Assembly (NCBI GenBank): GCA_016618085.1
Contig: JABLTG010000110.1
Coordinates: 1 to 64,000 of the forward strand
Direction of reading: 5' to 3'
Origin: Neovahlkampfia damariscottae
Taxonomy: Eukaryota
Length of the DNA: 64,000 nucleotides
The notes beneath the pieces are model-generated. The model was given only the letters and a program-made list of their open reading frames with translations. It had not been told where the DNA came from and did not search any database. Both the position numbers and the translations under genes were made by a program. Positions 12,119 through 26,188 of the stretch are shown piece by piece. How positions within the stretch are numbered: position 1 is the stretch's first letter; every line of letters begins with the position of its first letter.

Positions 12119-13685
12119 ATTTTATTTTTTTTTATTGGCGCCAATTTTTAGATTTTTTTAAATTTAGGAAAAATTACCATTTTCAGTGATTCATCAAACA
12201 ACAAAACACAACGAATGGATTTCTGAATAACTGATAAAAGTTTGAAAGAAGAGGTGAACAGAAGAGTAACAAAGAAGAATACAAAAAACATAACAGAATT
12301 TTTTTTTTTGTTAACTTTTTGTTGAGTTTCCAGTCAAAATCAGGTCAACTCAATAAAAAATAGAAGAAAATAATTTTATAATGTTTTCAGTGTTGATATT
12401 TGCTTGTTCACTGAATTCATCACACAGAATCATGTAAAACAATTTTTATTTCACAACAAATTTTTTTTAGAAAATCGTATGAACAGAAACTGAACTCATA
12501 AATATTCATCAAAATTTGATTGTTATGAAATCTGTCCTAATGATGCAACACAGAAACAGCACTTTTGAGTCAAATTATAAAAAAATGAAAAACAAAACAA
12601 CTAAGAATAAGAGAAAATTACGAAAATGTGACAAGTGAAAACAAAGTTAGATCTATTTGGAATATCTTGGTAAGTTTTGAAACAAATTTATTTTTTTATT
12701 TTTTTAAGTGAATGGGAAGAATTTAGAAGAAAAAATAATTCAAATACTTATAAAATCAAATAATGAAGCTGTTTATCATTCATATATAAAATACACATTT
12801 GTGGTTATGCACCTACAGATTTTGAAAATTCAAGTTTTCTTCATTTCTATTTTTTATTTTAAGTTATATTATACAAGATATACATATCTTAAAGAACATT
12901 AGATTTACAGAATGATTTGCTGAAATTTCTTCAACTCAATTGTTCAACACACCAACTTTACATTTTTCCACAAGAGTAAGTCAATTTTGAATAACACATT
13001 CTTAGAAAATAACATGAAATTATATTTTCTATGATATGTTTAATATGGACTTCATTTTCAGAAGAAGGATTTTGACGCATCAGATTTTGCAAAAAAAGAA
13101 TTAAAAAGAGTTTGTTCATGAAAGTGCTAAATAATAACCGAAATCAGCAAAAAATAAAAAGGAGTTGAATCAAAAACAAAATCATGAAAAAAGGATATAG
13201 AATTTCCAACAACATTAATTGTGCAAAAGATTAGAAAAACGAACAAAAAAAAAAAAAATTCATTTCGGAAATGTGAAGTTCAGAGCTAAACAAAAAGGCA
13301 TTACCTTCAAAATCATCGCTTGAATTCAAAAATTGCTCATCACTACAAAAATAAAAACAACCAAATTAAAAAACTCAACAAATTTGAAATTGGATTTTCT
13401 TTTGACAATTCACAAAATACTCAAATGAAACAATAACTTCAACATCAGATTTCCAAACAGGGATCAAAGTTATTAAGAATTCAAAGTTTTGTCAGAACTA
13501 GAATGTGTTGTTTGGTGAACACATTTCATTTGATTATATTTAAAGAATTTTAAATATTTCAAAAGGAGCTTGAGGATTTCAATTTTCACTTCCATTGAAA
13601 AACAAAGAAATGGATTAATAAAGAAACTCAAGTTTCAGAAAATGTACGAGATAAATCACTTGGTAACTCTTGTATAAATAAATCG

Positions 13686-13713
13686 TTTTTTTTTTTTTTT
13701 TTTTTTTTTTTTT
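13686..13713. repeat. Poly-T (28 nt) homopolymer
   Basis: Uninterrupted T run. On the minus strand it is a poly-A one base after the predicted stop of the DEP gene. Confidence 0.9.
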
Positions 13714-13714
13714 G

Positions 13715-14622
13715 TCATAAAAATAGACACCAATTTGAAGTTTCTTCAGGACCTGTTGTTCTACTACTTTTAAAAGCATTCTTCAAAGGTTTCTTTCCAA
13801 CACTTTGTTTCATAATAGCTATTTCAGAATCCTTAAAAAAGCTAATGTTAAATTTTTTTTTTTCTTGCTGAATAATAAACAAAATGACCAATTTCAGAGT
13901 TCAATTTAACATTTTTAGTAAAATCTGGTAAACAATCAACAAATTCCATGAAGTTGATTAATTCATAATTGGATTCTTCATTAAAAAGTTTTTTAGGATT
14001 TCCAATCAGTTGAAAAATTTCATGTTCTGAAAAGATATTTTCTAAATATATAGCAGCTTGTAGATTAATATTATAAGTCTCACAAAACCATTTCGTTGCA
14101 CATTTTGAATCAAACTTTTTACTTGGATTTTCTTCTAGTCCTTGCTCAACAAAATCAGCATAAAATTGTTGTAAAGCATCTTCAAAAAGTAATGTTTTTC
14201 TTAATGTTTTGATATCACTGTAATTTGGAATGATGATTTTCTCAACATTATCCAGATTTTGGACCAGCTCAGAAAATTGATAAAATGAATCATCTTCCTC
14301 TGTAAATTTTTTTCTAAAATCATTTGCGTTTCTAAATACACCTATACATCTTAAGAGTTCTAAAAAAGTGATGGATTTCTCTTTTGTGAATTTTTGATTT
14401 TCTTCCAGCCATTTGATGGCATCTGTTGCTGAAAAACCTGAAAATTTGAAGATGTAAAAATTTTTTTAATTGATGTTACTGTCTAGGAAGAGTTTTTCAT
14501 TTCTTTCAACTCCTTGTTCTGAAGAGTAAAATTGAGTGATTATTTGCAGAATCTAGTGAAATGTTAATTTTGAATAGTCGTTGCTTTACATCATTGTTCT
14601 TTTTGTTTAACGGGAAACTCAT
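13715..14622 (-). CDS. Tandem DEP-domain protein (not in ORF track); 3' end uncertain
   Basis: Spliced reading MSFPLNKKNND/ILQIITQFYSSEQGVERNEKLFLD/SFSATDAIKWLEENQKFTKEKSITFLELLRCIGVFRNANDFRKKFTEEDDSFYQF, then a second copy FDSKCATKWFCETYNINLQAAIYLENIFSEHEIFQLIGNPKKLFNEESNYEL. Both resemble DEP (F.G.e.vdWL...ll..g.i...F.d...Y.F). Confidence 0.65.
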
Positions 14623-15110
14623 TCACAATGAAGACTTCAAGCTGATAAAAAAGCAACTGTTAGAAAAAAATAGAGATTTGATTGGGTGCTGAATTTCCGT
14701 TGGTTTTAAATGGCAATTCACCAAATTCGGTATTGAAAATTCCAAATTGGTTTTATTTAAAAATTTTGAAAACTCTTCATAACTATTGAAACATCAAAAA
14801 CTTGGTACAGTTTTTTTTTTCTGAAAGTTTTTTCTTATTATTCTTCAATTCAAACTATTTGTTTGGTAGTTCTGCATTTTTCAAACTGAACCATCACTAA
14901 AGTTTTCCGTTGTGATATGAAGATTCAATTTTATTGGTTCTTTAAATTTGTCGTTGTATGACTACATTCGAGAGGTTTCATTGGCTGAACTGTTTCTCAA
15001 CAAACAAAAAAATTCTGAACCAATTAGAAAAAGCACTTTTCGGTTGAGAAAAATTCTTGGTTTATTTAAGCCAATCCAATTTTTATCCTGAATTCAACTA
15101 CAACCTCACA

Positions 15111-16567
15111 ATGACAACAACAACAGAAGAGTTTCCAAATTACACTTGGGAAGAAGTAGAAGAACATAACCAACCTGGAGATTTATGGGTTAGTTTTGAA
15201 GGAGGTGTATATGATGCAACACAATGGTCAATAAGTCATCCTGGAGGAACTGCTACTGTTAATTCAGCTGGTGGTAAAGACATTACAGATTTATTTATTT
15301 CATACCATAAAAGTTCAAGCGTCAATATTTTTGGTTCAAAATCTTGTCCAAAAGTTGGAAATTTAATCACAAACAAATTTCCAATCTACTCTGTCAAGAG
15401 TGGTTTTTATTCAAGTTTGATTTTTTTTTCATTTTGACATTTTTTAAAGCTTTGAAACAAAAAGTTGAAACTTATTTCAAACAAAACGATGTAAAAGATT
15501 GCAGACAATTAGATACTTTCACAGCTTTGAATACGGTTTTTATCTTCACTTCAATTGTTCTCTTTTACTACTTGAGTATGTACAGTAATTTAAACGTTGG
15601 CTATAAAATTTTATGCGCTATTGGAGCTGGTATCTTTCATCATTTGATGATGGTTCACAGTGGACACGATGTATCACATAGCTGTTTCACAAGATATCCA
15701 ATTGTTTGGTCAGCAATGGGTTTCGTTGGAGGAATTCTTTTAGGAATTTCCGAGTAAGAAAAATCAAAAGTTTTTTAATTGATTTAAAGTGAAATTTGGG
15801 AACATAGACATGTTTTTGGACATCACATTTTCACAAATGTTTCTGGTATCGACCCAGATCTTGGAATTTATAAAGCATCACCAAAAGAAGAACTTCAAAC
15901 ATACAGAGCTAGACATATTGTCATGCCTGGTTGGGTACAAAAAATCGCTTACTTTTTGGTTGTTTCTGATATTCAAATCGATGACTTTTATAGTTTTTTT
16001 AGAGGAGCAATGGAACAAGTTTTGATCAACGACACTGGTGCTCTTGCTACATTAAGATTTCTTGGACTTAAATTCCTTTTCATCTTTCAAAGAATTTTAT
16101 TACCAATTTACTTAGGACACTCAACTTATTTAACACTTTTCTTGTTTCTCATTACAGAATTAACAGCTGGATGTTTCTTTGGACATTTTTCACAAATTTC
16201 ACATATTGTTGATGATTTAGAATGGCCAGCTGATACTCCAATTGAAGAAGATTGGGGTGAAATGCAAGTTAGAACATCATGTGATTATGCAACTGATTCA
16301 AGATTTTGGACATATTTATCAGGACATTTGAATTATCAAGTTTGTCATCATTTATTTCCATCAATATCACCACAACATTACGAAGCACTTTTACCATTAG
16401 TTAAAGAAACATGTCAAGAATATAATGTCAAATATACTTGTTATGAAAGTTTTTGGGAATGCTTATCTCATCATTATAATCATTTGAAACAATTTGAAGA
16501 TAGAATTGATTGTACATTCGCTGAATTCGTTGGTTTCAGAACACCAAACGCAAAAACAGTAGAATAA
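15111..16567 (+). CDS. Cytochrome b5-fused front-end fatty acid desaturase (copy 1)
   Basis: HPGG heme motif; His boxes HDVSH, HRHVFGHH, QVCHHLFP. Introns 15415-15449 and 15754-15789. Confidence 0.93.
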
Positions 16568-16674
16568 AATTTTGTATTTTTCGATAATCCTTCTTGAACT
16601 TTTTTTCCATCCATCAAATATCCGACATTTTGATTGGAAGTAACCATTGACCAATAGGAATAATTCTCATCACA

Positions 16675-19617
16675 ATGAAGTTTATGTTGAGCTTGTTACT
16701 TTCTCTGGTCATCAATTGTATTCATTCCAATACGTGTTATTTGGAAAGTTGGTACTCCAACATATATAGTTCAAATTTTTACAACAATTTTGATGTTAAC
16801 TCAGGAACCTATAAAATAACTCAAAAAAGAACAAATGATTTTTATGAAAATTATTTTATAAATGCTGCATATGTAATGGATGGAGAAGGTGATGGTAGTA
16901 TTCAAGGAATTGTTTCAAAAATGGATATTTCATTTTACACTCACAGCCAAAATGAACAGTACGCAGGATTTGTTGTTGAAGTACAAGGTGTAGAATATAA
17001 CAATATATCAGCATGTATTATAGATTTTAAAGGAAATGGCATCATAAGTGCCCATGGCCAACAAAAATTGGTGAAACAATTTTCAAAGAGTTTTTTTGAT
17101 TCTTCTTATTGGGTTCATTTGGAAAAAAAGAATGAAAAAATTCGTTGTGGATTTTCTATGGATAAAAAGACTTGGTTTTACTCAAATTTTGAGAAAATAT
17201 CTGTTCGGACTTCCAAATCATTTCAATTTGGAATGACATACTCAAACAATTTAGTTCATGAAGGTGAAGCACAGATATCTGATATGGAAGTCAGAGGTTT
17301 TGGATATTGCAATAATAATGGAGTATGTAAAAAATTAAACTCTGTTGATAGTTGTATTTGTGATAATGAATGGACAGGAGATAGATGTGAATATTTCACA
17401 TGTTTTGGATTGAAAACAACAGATTCAAACGTATGCTCAAAAAATGGGAAATGCATTGCTCATAATACATGTCAATGTTTTGATAATTCCACTTTTAACG
17501 GTCCACAATGTGAAAAAACCGCTCCTTTTGAACAAAGAGAATGTGTCAAACAATTTGACTTTTCAATTCCATTTGTCTCTGGATACAATTACGTAATTCT
17601 TTATTTATGTTAAATTTCTGCAGAACTTTTCACTGACAGGTGAAATCGATGATTCGCCTTCACAAATTTCAACTCCAATGGAATTGAAAAATGATCAAAT
17701 TTCCAAAGTGTATGCAGGTGTCAATCATGTTTTAGTTATTTTATTAAATGGAACAATTTGTTCGTACGGAAGTTCTGAAGTAAATTATTTCTAGATTTAA
17801 TGAATATTTTAAAGTATGGACAACTAGGGCATGGTGATTCTGATTATCAAATTCAAATGAAATGTATTCCAAGTTTGACAGCTTCTGGAGCTTCTTCAGG
17901 TTATTATCACAATTTAATTCAACTATCCAATGGGGAAATAGTTGGATTTGGACATAATTTAGTAAAAATCAATCAAGAAATTAACATGTTTTGAAAGTAT
18001 GGTCAATTAGGAGTCTCTGACAAAATAAATCGATTTTCACCAACTGAAATCATCAAAATACCAGGAATGATACATGTTTCTGCTGGTGGATATCATTCAA
18101 TATTCCTAAGAAATAATGGAAAGATATATGTTTGTGGAAGAAACAATTATGGCCAATTAGGTCTTGGATCAACAATTGATTATGATTATCCAACAGAATT
18201 GATCATATTTTCAGATGCCAAATCAGTTTCTGCAGGTGCATATCACAGCTCATTTGTCACAAAAACAGGTGACATTTACACAACAGGTAGAAATCAAGTA
18301 AAGAATTTCACTCCAACACTAACTTTTTTAAAGATGGGTCAGTTGGGTATCAAAAAGATTTCTAGCCATCAAACCAGTTTTCAAATACTTTTTTCACTTG
18401 GAGAGGTTGATGAGATGATTTTAGGAGAACATCATTCAATCGCTTTGAAAAAGGGAGATTTGTATGGTTTTGGAGATAATTTGTACTCACAAATTGGTTT
18501 GAAAAATGTTTCATTCGCTCATACACCTACTAAAATTGTTGGAATTTCGAAAATTAAAAAGATATCATCCATGGGATTTCATAATTTAGCCTTGAATGAA
18601 GATGGAACTATCATTGTATTTGGAAGAAATGATGTAAGTGAAAAATCAAATTTAATTCAATAGTTTGGACAATTAGGCATTGGAAATGCAAGTTTTTCTG
18701 AAATTCCGAAGTATTTGTCAAATGCAAAGGAGAATTTTCATTTTTCTTCTGGTCATGCATTGAAATCATTTTTCATTCCTGATTGCCCATCAAATTCAAT
18801 ATTTTGTGCAACAGAAGCAAAACGAAATTTCACTTTTATTGAATGTAACAACGGATTTACAGGACAAAAATGTGAAATTCATTCTTGTTTTGATAAAAAT
18901 TATAATGATAATTCTGTTTGTTCCGGAAAAGGAAATTGTTTATGTTTGAACAATTGTAGTTGTATTGATGGTTACTATGGCAATGAATGTCAAAATTTTG
19001 ATTGTTTTTTAAAGAATAATTCAGATCCAAATACTTGCTCTGGTCATGGAAGATGTTATTCACCAAACAAATGTGATTGTAAACCTGGTTATTTTGGTGA
19101 TAATTGTGAATCAACTTTTCGATGTTTTGGATTCAATTCAACAGATTCAAATACATGTTCTGGAAATGGAATTTGCACAAGATCTGATAAATGTGAATGC
19201 TTCACTCCTTATAGTGGTTCAAAATGTGAAAGAAAATATTTTTGTATTGAAGATGAATACAACACAACAAATGTTTGTTTATCACGTGGAAATTGTATTG
19301 GTGATAATATTTGTCGTTGTGATACTCCTTTTATTGGGGATATATGTCAAGATATTGGATGTGGAACTTGTAATTTTGGGAGTTGTTCAGATAACAAATG
19401 TTTTTGTCCACCAAATCGATATTGGGATGGTGATGATTGTGTTTGTACTTTTTTTTATATTGGTTTAGAATGTAAAGATTTATCAATTGGTGGAATTATC
19501 ATTACTATCATTTCTTGTTTGATTGGATTATTTTTGATAGGATTTCTTTTTTGTGCACTTGCAATGGGATTAGTCGGTTATTTTTTGATATCAAAAGATT
19601 TTAGAACACGTTCATGA
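16675..19617 (+). CDS. Type I membrane protein: signal peptide, EGF-like repeats, extracellular RCC1 repeats, more EGF repeats, TM helix (multi-exon)
   Basis: Hydrophobic N-terminus; CSGxGxC...CxC..GY.G..C EGF repeats; GxNxYGQLG RCC1 repeats split by short introns; C-terminal hydrophobic GGIIITIISCLIGLFLIGFLFCAL. Confidence 0.82.
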
Positions 19618-19785
19618 ACAAAACAACAGAAAAAAAGATTTGTTTCTAAGTGATTTTTTATACCTTTTAATCCAATTTTCTGTCGCTCTTATTACAGATG
19701 ATGTAACTTCAGACTCATATGGAGCATTTTCTTGATGATTCTGTACAAAATTTCTAACAAATCTGATTGGTCAAAATTAGACACT

Positions 19786-21011
19786 ATGATGAAGCTACAA
19801 CTTACTCTTTTCTTGTATGTACTTTTACTGACACATTCCCATGTTTCTTTCAACTTTACAAAAGAATTTAATTCAAAAAAATTTCAACAAATAAAACAAC
19901 AAACAAAATTAGAAGAAGAAAATTTAGATTTTGATTTAAAAAATGAAATACCTTTTAACTGCCCAAAAATACCACCTAGTTCAACAGTTCCTGAAGATGC
20001 AACAAAATTAAGATTTTCTGACATCAAAGTACAAATGGCATTAGGAGATTCAATTACAGCAGGTTTTTCAATGGTAAAAAAAAACAAACTAAGCTTTTTT
20101 AGGTTAGTGAAAGTTATGTTGGGTCTATATTCGAATACAGAGGATTATCAGGTTTCATAGGAAGTGATAAAAACGCACATACAGTTTTTAATTTTTTTAA
20201 AAAAATTGGAAATAACATCGAAGGAGGTTCAAGAGGAGTTGGTTTACCTTGGAATTACATCGTTTGGCCATGGCAAGTCAGGTAAAAATAAATAATTCAA
20301 ATTGAATTCAACAGACCACATAGTCCTTCAATTGACAAATTAAACGGAGCTCAATCAAATGCAAGAACTCATCAGTTGGCAAAACAACTTCATTATGTTA
20401 TTCAACAAGCTAAAAAAGACAAAAACATTGATTATGAAAAAGACTGGAAAATGGTTACAATTTTAATTGGAGCAAATGATTTATTTCAATGTCAAAGTTC
20501 TGGAGCTCATCCAGATGAATATACTGTATTATTAAATAGAACTCTATCAACTATTCATGAAAAAATTCCGAGAGTTTTTGTGAACATTATGTATTTATTT
20601 GAAGATGGTTTTATTGATACATTTAACAATGGAAAAGATAATACTTACTGTAAATCAGTGTGGAAACTATTGGAGAATGCAATCCCATGCATGGTTAAAA
20701 ATGATCATTTACGAGCAAAAATGAAACAAATGATTGTTGAGTATAATAGAAGAATTTTTTTTTTGGCAAAATATTGGAATGAGAAATCAACAAGAAAAGA
20801 TTTTCATATTGCAATTCAAACTCCTTTGAAGAATATCAGAGTAAAAGATCGTAGTTGGAGCTCAAAATTCGATTGCTTTCATCCTTCTTTGAAAGCCAAT
20901 AAATTGATCTCTTACGCATTGTGGAACAGCATGCAATTGCCATTTGATAAAAAACCAACTGGAGAAGTGAATGAAATCCTTTGTCCAACAGAAACAACTT
21001 TTATGCAATAG
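19786..21011 (+). CDS. Secreted phospholipase B1-like SGNH/GDSL lipase
   Basis: Signal peptide; ALGDSITAGF (block I), ILIGANDL (block III), DCFHPS (block V). Introns near 20074-20102 and 20282-20314. Confidence 0.88.
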
Positions 21012-21091
21012 AAAAATTAATTTTATTCTTCAAATGAAAATTTGTTCTTTTCGTTTCTGGAATTCAAACAACTTTGTTGAATTTCGTTGAT

Positions 21092-21701
21092 TTATTTCGA
21101 TACTTCTTCATGTTTGAAGTATTGATCTTCGTACTCTTTCCAATAGTCTTCCGTTTGGTCGTTCAAAATTTTTTTGTACACATTCAATGATTCTTCTGTA
21201 GTAGTCAAACAACAATCAGGAGTTTTACACTCCAAAGGTGATTCATGATGTCCAAATATTCTCTTGATGTTGAAGGTTCCTTCTTTTGAAACGTTCATTT
21301 TATTGTGAAACCTCTGCAAATTATCGCTTAACATCCATTCAACTTCGAAAGCTATGTCATGAAATAACTCAGCTGATATTTCTTGTGGTTCATTAAGTAT
21401 TATATTTTTAACAGGTTTTAACTTCAAACTTGAGACATTTATTTCATAAGGAGCGTCTTCTTCCAAGAATGCAGAGAATATCTCGATAGCCTCTTCCTGA
21501 AGATGTTTTTGGTTATTCTTTTTTGATCTAAAATGGGTTTCTTTTTCTAAAAAATATAAATTCTCTACACACCTATTTAAACTTTAGTTTTCTTTTAGTT
21601 TTAGTTTACATTTCTTCTGTGCATTGTTGTTTGAATTTTAAAAACAGTTTCTTATGCTTTTTTAAGTCTTCCACGGAGTTGTTGACTCTTTGTAGCTTCA
21701 T
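21092..21701 (-). CDS. RGS-domain protein (paralog 2)
   Basis: MKLQRVNN..FKQQCTEEM/CVENLYFL...FLEEDAPYEINVS...VEWMLSDNLQRF; one short intron at the conserved position. Confidence 0.85.
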
Positions 21702-21928
21702 CTTTGTGTTTGAACGGAAAAAATGAACTAAAATCAGCTGCCAATTCTCCAATTTGAGCAATTAATAAACAAAAAATCTAAATTAAAAAAATTTCACCAA
21801 ATTTGGAAATGTTAAAGCTGAAAACGCAGAAAACAGAAATTCTCTGATGGTACCCAAAAACGGAGTTATTTTTTCATTATTTCCTTCAATAATAAATAAG
21901 TCTTTTATTTTGCTTGTCAATGAATCTT

Positions 21929-22628
21929 TCAATCCAAATGATGTTCACTACTTCTAGCTGAGAATTGAGTTTCGTACTCTTTCCAAAAATCTTCAGTTTC
22001 TGAATCAATTTTGAGTTTATATACATCCAATGACTTTGAAAATTCTTCTTCATCAAATTCAAAATCATCATCCATTGTTGATTTTGATCTTGTCAAATCA
22101 TGATGACTATGTTGGTGATGCATAAAACTTGGTTCATGATTATGTATAAAATTGCTCAGCGAAAATTTATGTGAACTCAAAAATTTTTCCGTTGGTGATA
22201 GAATGTGGTTATTTGAATTTAAATTTCTATTGAATCTTTCCAAGTTATCACTTAGCATCCATTCAACTTCAAAAGCTATTTTATGAAATAATTTGTTTGT
22301 TATTTTCTCTGGATGATTGAAAATTACATCTCTAACAGGTTTTAAATTTGTAACGGAAACATTAATTTCATATTCAGCATTGTCTGTGAAATAGGTGTTG
22401 TAAAGTATTTTGGATTCTTGTATCAATTTCTTTTTATCTGTTATTGTTTTGAAAGTTGCTTCTTTTTCTAAAAAATACAAGTTTTCTAAACATCTTTTTT
22501 GTTTTGTTAATTTTTTTCTATTTTTTAACTTACAGTTCATGTATGCATTGTTGTCTGAACTTCTTTAGCAGGGTTTTATTCTGAAGTAAGTCCGATATGG
22601 TATGGTTGTGTGTTTGTAGTTTGGTCAT
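21929..22628 (-). CDS. RGS-domain protein (paralog 3)
   Basis: MTKLQTH..FRQQCIHEL/CLENLYFL...YFTDNAEYEINVS...VEWMLSDNLERF. Confidence 0.85.
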
Positions 22629-23680
22629 TGTTTTTTGTTTTTATGATTGATGGTGTGTTTTTATTCGTCAATTCTTAAACACCAAATTAAGGCATTCGAA
22701 AACCCGTATTTGGAAAATAAAACTACTTCATTTGGAGTATTTCTCGAATCTCATTTTAGGAATTTTTTTTGCAGTTGAAATACGTATAGTATCTGCAATG
22801 GAATTGAAGAATTAATTCTTGGAGGAAGAATTCACTGAGAAATCGATTATCTCCTAATACTCAAAAACCAATCCCATTGGTCATTCACCCAGCAATAACC
22901 GAAAAAATCAAAATTTGCACAGAAAAATTAATTTTTCTCCTTTGAGAGATAAAGAGTTGCTGTTCCTTTCATTTAAATCAAATTATTCAAGAAAAAAGAA
23001 ACAACCTTAACTGTTGAGGAGAAATTCCCAAATTTGTTGGTTTTCTTTTCATTTTTCTTTTTTTCAGGTTCATTTTCAAAATCGCTCAAATGATAATTCT
23101 GTCCAATCAACCGTTTTGAGACAATTTGATTGATGGCAAAAATTGTCACTATCATTTTGACGAGAATTTACAAGTATCAATTTAATCCAAATATTATTAA
23201 CACACTTGGAGTTTCATCAATTGAAATCAATATTTAGAGCAAAGGAATTAAAGACGTAATTACTTTTTGGAAGAGAGTTCACCACATCTTTGGAAATACT
23301 TAATCTTCATCAAAACTTTCAATGAGCAAAAGATGAACAAGGAAGCCTTTATTGTAAAAACAATAAATTCAATTAGTTCCCATTTCTGGGGTTGATATGG
23401 TAAAGAAATTCAACTAGAAAACTATGCAAGATACAAAAAGTTGAACAAAAAGAAAATTATTGATAAATTTGTGCAACAAAAAATTTCACCTTCACAAACA
23501 TGTCATGTAATCTATCAAGAGTGAACACAATGATTCTTGGTCAAATAACATACTTCATTTTTTGTTATCCTTTTCTGCAAAGAAAAATGTTATGATACAT
23601 TTCGTTCAATATCAATTTTGCACTTCTAAGAATAATTCCACCAATCATCGAGATTTTTGAACGTTGCAAAAAAAAATTGA

Positions 23681-25488
23681 ATGGAAGAAGATTTGACGAC
23701 GACTGTCCAAATAGAACCAAATACAGAACTTGTTAATAATGAATTGGAAGATAAAATACCAGTAGAGACGTTTGATGAAGAAGAAAACGAACAAGAAACA
23801 TCTATAAAATTTCACACAAAAATTTTCAATTTTTTTAAAAACAATATTCGACTTTATTTTGAAAATTTAAAGACAATTATATTTTTAGCAGTTCCTGTAA
23901 TTATTTCATATCTTGCTTCAATGTCCATGGGAATAGTTGATCAAATATTTTTGGGTCATTTAGGATCAACTGAATTGGCTGCATCTGCTTTTGCCAATGC
24001 AATTAACATGTGTCTGAGTTATGTAGTTATCGGATTAGCAAGTGGTTTAGATACCATGGGAAGTCAAGCTTTTGGAAACAGTAAAAAAAAATTCATCTAA
24101 ACATTTAAAGAAAACTACAAATTTTTGGGAGCATTAGTTCAAAGAGGATTTGTATCAATGACTATATTTTACATTCCTATTGCTATTTTATTATTTTTCG
24201 TTCCAAATGTATTGAGTCTTATCAATCATAACGAAAAGTTCGTCTACTTAGTCGGAATTTACATCAGAATTTTGATTCCAGGAAATTTATTTTACATTTA
24301 TCATCATGTTTTGGAGGAATTTTTGAATTCACAAAATATTATGCTTCCAAATATGATCGCTCTTCTATTATCCAATGTTTTCAATTTAGTCGCAAATACT
24401 ATTTTAATCTATGGTACTCTTATACCTGGATGGGATGGATTAGGATATATTGGTGCTCCTATTGCTACTTCTCTTGGGAAATTATTTGGTTTCTTAACAT
24501 TTTTATCAATTATTTTATTATTTGGATTACAGAAACAAACATGGTTTGGAATTCAATTTAAAGAAGCTATTTCACCAAAAGAAATGTGGAAATTTTTGAA
24601 AATAGCAGTTCCTGGGATGGTTCAAGTTTGTCTTGAACTATGGGGTTTTAATCTAATGACCATTCCTGCAATGTTTTTAGGTGAAACTTATTTAGATGGA
24701 CATTCTTTAATTTTTACAATAAGTGGATTTAGTTTTATGATTCCTCTTGGATTAAGTGTTGCAGCAAGTGTTAGAGTTGGAAATAGTATCGGAGAAGGAA
24801 ATATTAGAGTTGCTAAAATATCAGCATTCATTTGTATTAGTCTTGGTGTTTGTAAGATTTTGTTAAATTAATGATGATAGTTTTCATGGCTTTTAATGCT
24901 TTGATTATTTTAGTTTTTAGAAATTTGATTCCACGAATTTTCACATCTGATGAAGATGTAATCAAAATTACTGCAGATGCCTTTTTTGTAGTTGTTGGAT
25001 TTCAATTATTTGATGGATTTCAGGGTGTTTGTAGTGGTGTTTTAAGAGGTTTAGGAAAGCAAACCATTGGTGCTTTGTTCATGTTTGTGTCATTTTATGT
25101 TCTTGGAATTCCAGTAGCAATATTTTTCGCATTTGTTTTGAAATGGAATGTTGTTGGTTTGTGGAGTGGATTGACTGTTGGATTGATGTCTGTTGCTGGT
25201 TTTTTTGGTGCTTATATTATCTTTTTTATCAATTGGGAAAAAGAAGTAGAATTGGCACAAAAAAGAGTTGGAATTGAAGAAACTGTTAAATCTGAAAATC
25301 CAGAAGATTATTCAAAGGAATTGAATGAGAATTTGGAACCTGAGAAGCCAGATGACTCGAAAGAATCAAAGGAAGACAAAGTTGATTCAAAAGAATTCTC
25401 AAATGAAGATGTTGAGGAAAAATCAGATGATTGTGATCTCTCTGTTGGTGAAAATGAAAAGAATTCTTTGAAAGAACAGTTGAAATAA
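23681..25488 (+). CDS. MATE-family multidrug/toxin efflux transporter
   Basis: FLGHLGSTELAASA, GLDTMGSQAFG, SVRVGNSIGEGN, FDGFQGVCSGVLRGLGKQ. Two short introns join three ORFs. Confidence 0.93.
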
Positions 25489-26188
25489 ATTTTAATTTTC
25501 AACTGAAATCAAGAATTATGTTGGCTAGGGTGTGGAGGGAAGTTGTGAATAAATATATTTACAAAAACGGGAAAATTCAAAACCTGACGGTTTCTCTTCC
25601 ATGAGAAATTTAATAACTCCATCTAATTGAAACATTGTCACACACAAAAGAAACGTGATGACAATGAAAAATTGTTTTCATTATTTGTGGCAAAAAATGA
25701 TCTTACTAATGAAATAAATGAATAATACATTTTATTTTCAACTAAATTATTTGAAAATAAAAATATGGATCATATAAGATGGAAAATAACATTGAAGACA
25801 TCCCAAGAAGTAAAACCGATTCTTCAACCAATTGAAATTCCGAAAAAGAAAAACAGGAAAAATTACAAGTAGTTAAATAAAGAAAAATTGAATTAGAAAG
25901 CAAGAGAAAAATATATTTGTGAACTACGTGGGTATAATGAACAACTTCTTGTAATTCTTGCATTTGAAAACAAAAATAGAGAAAATTCAATAACCATATT
26001 CACCAAAATGAATAGTTTTTTTTTATTATTATTTTACAACAAAATTGCACCTAATCCTTGGAAAACTTATAGGTATTCAAGTGGAGGATTGTTCCAAAAT
26101 CAACTATTCACAAACTCTTGATCATGAGTTCAAATCAAACAAAGAGTTCGGTCTGATTGAATAGTTTTGTTGATAAATTAACTTTTAT

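Noticed and set aside
12130..13680. Long gene-free stretch, with a small inverted repeat at 12316-12359 and ORF 12708-12902
   Set aside because: No recognisable protein motif, terminal repeats or RNA family. It may be decayed sequence, but nothing supportable.
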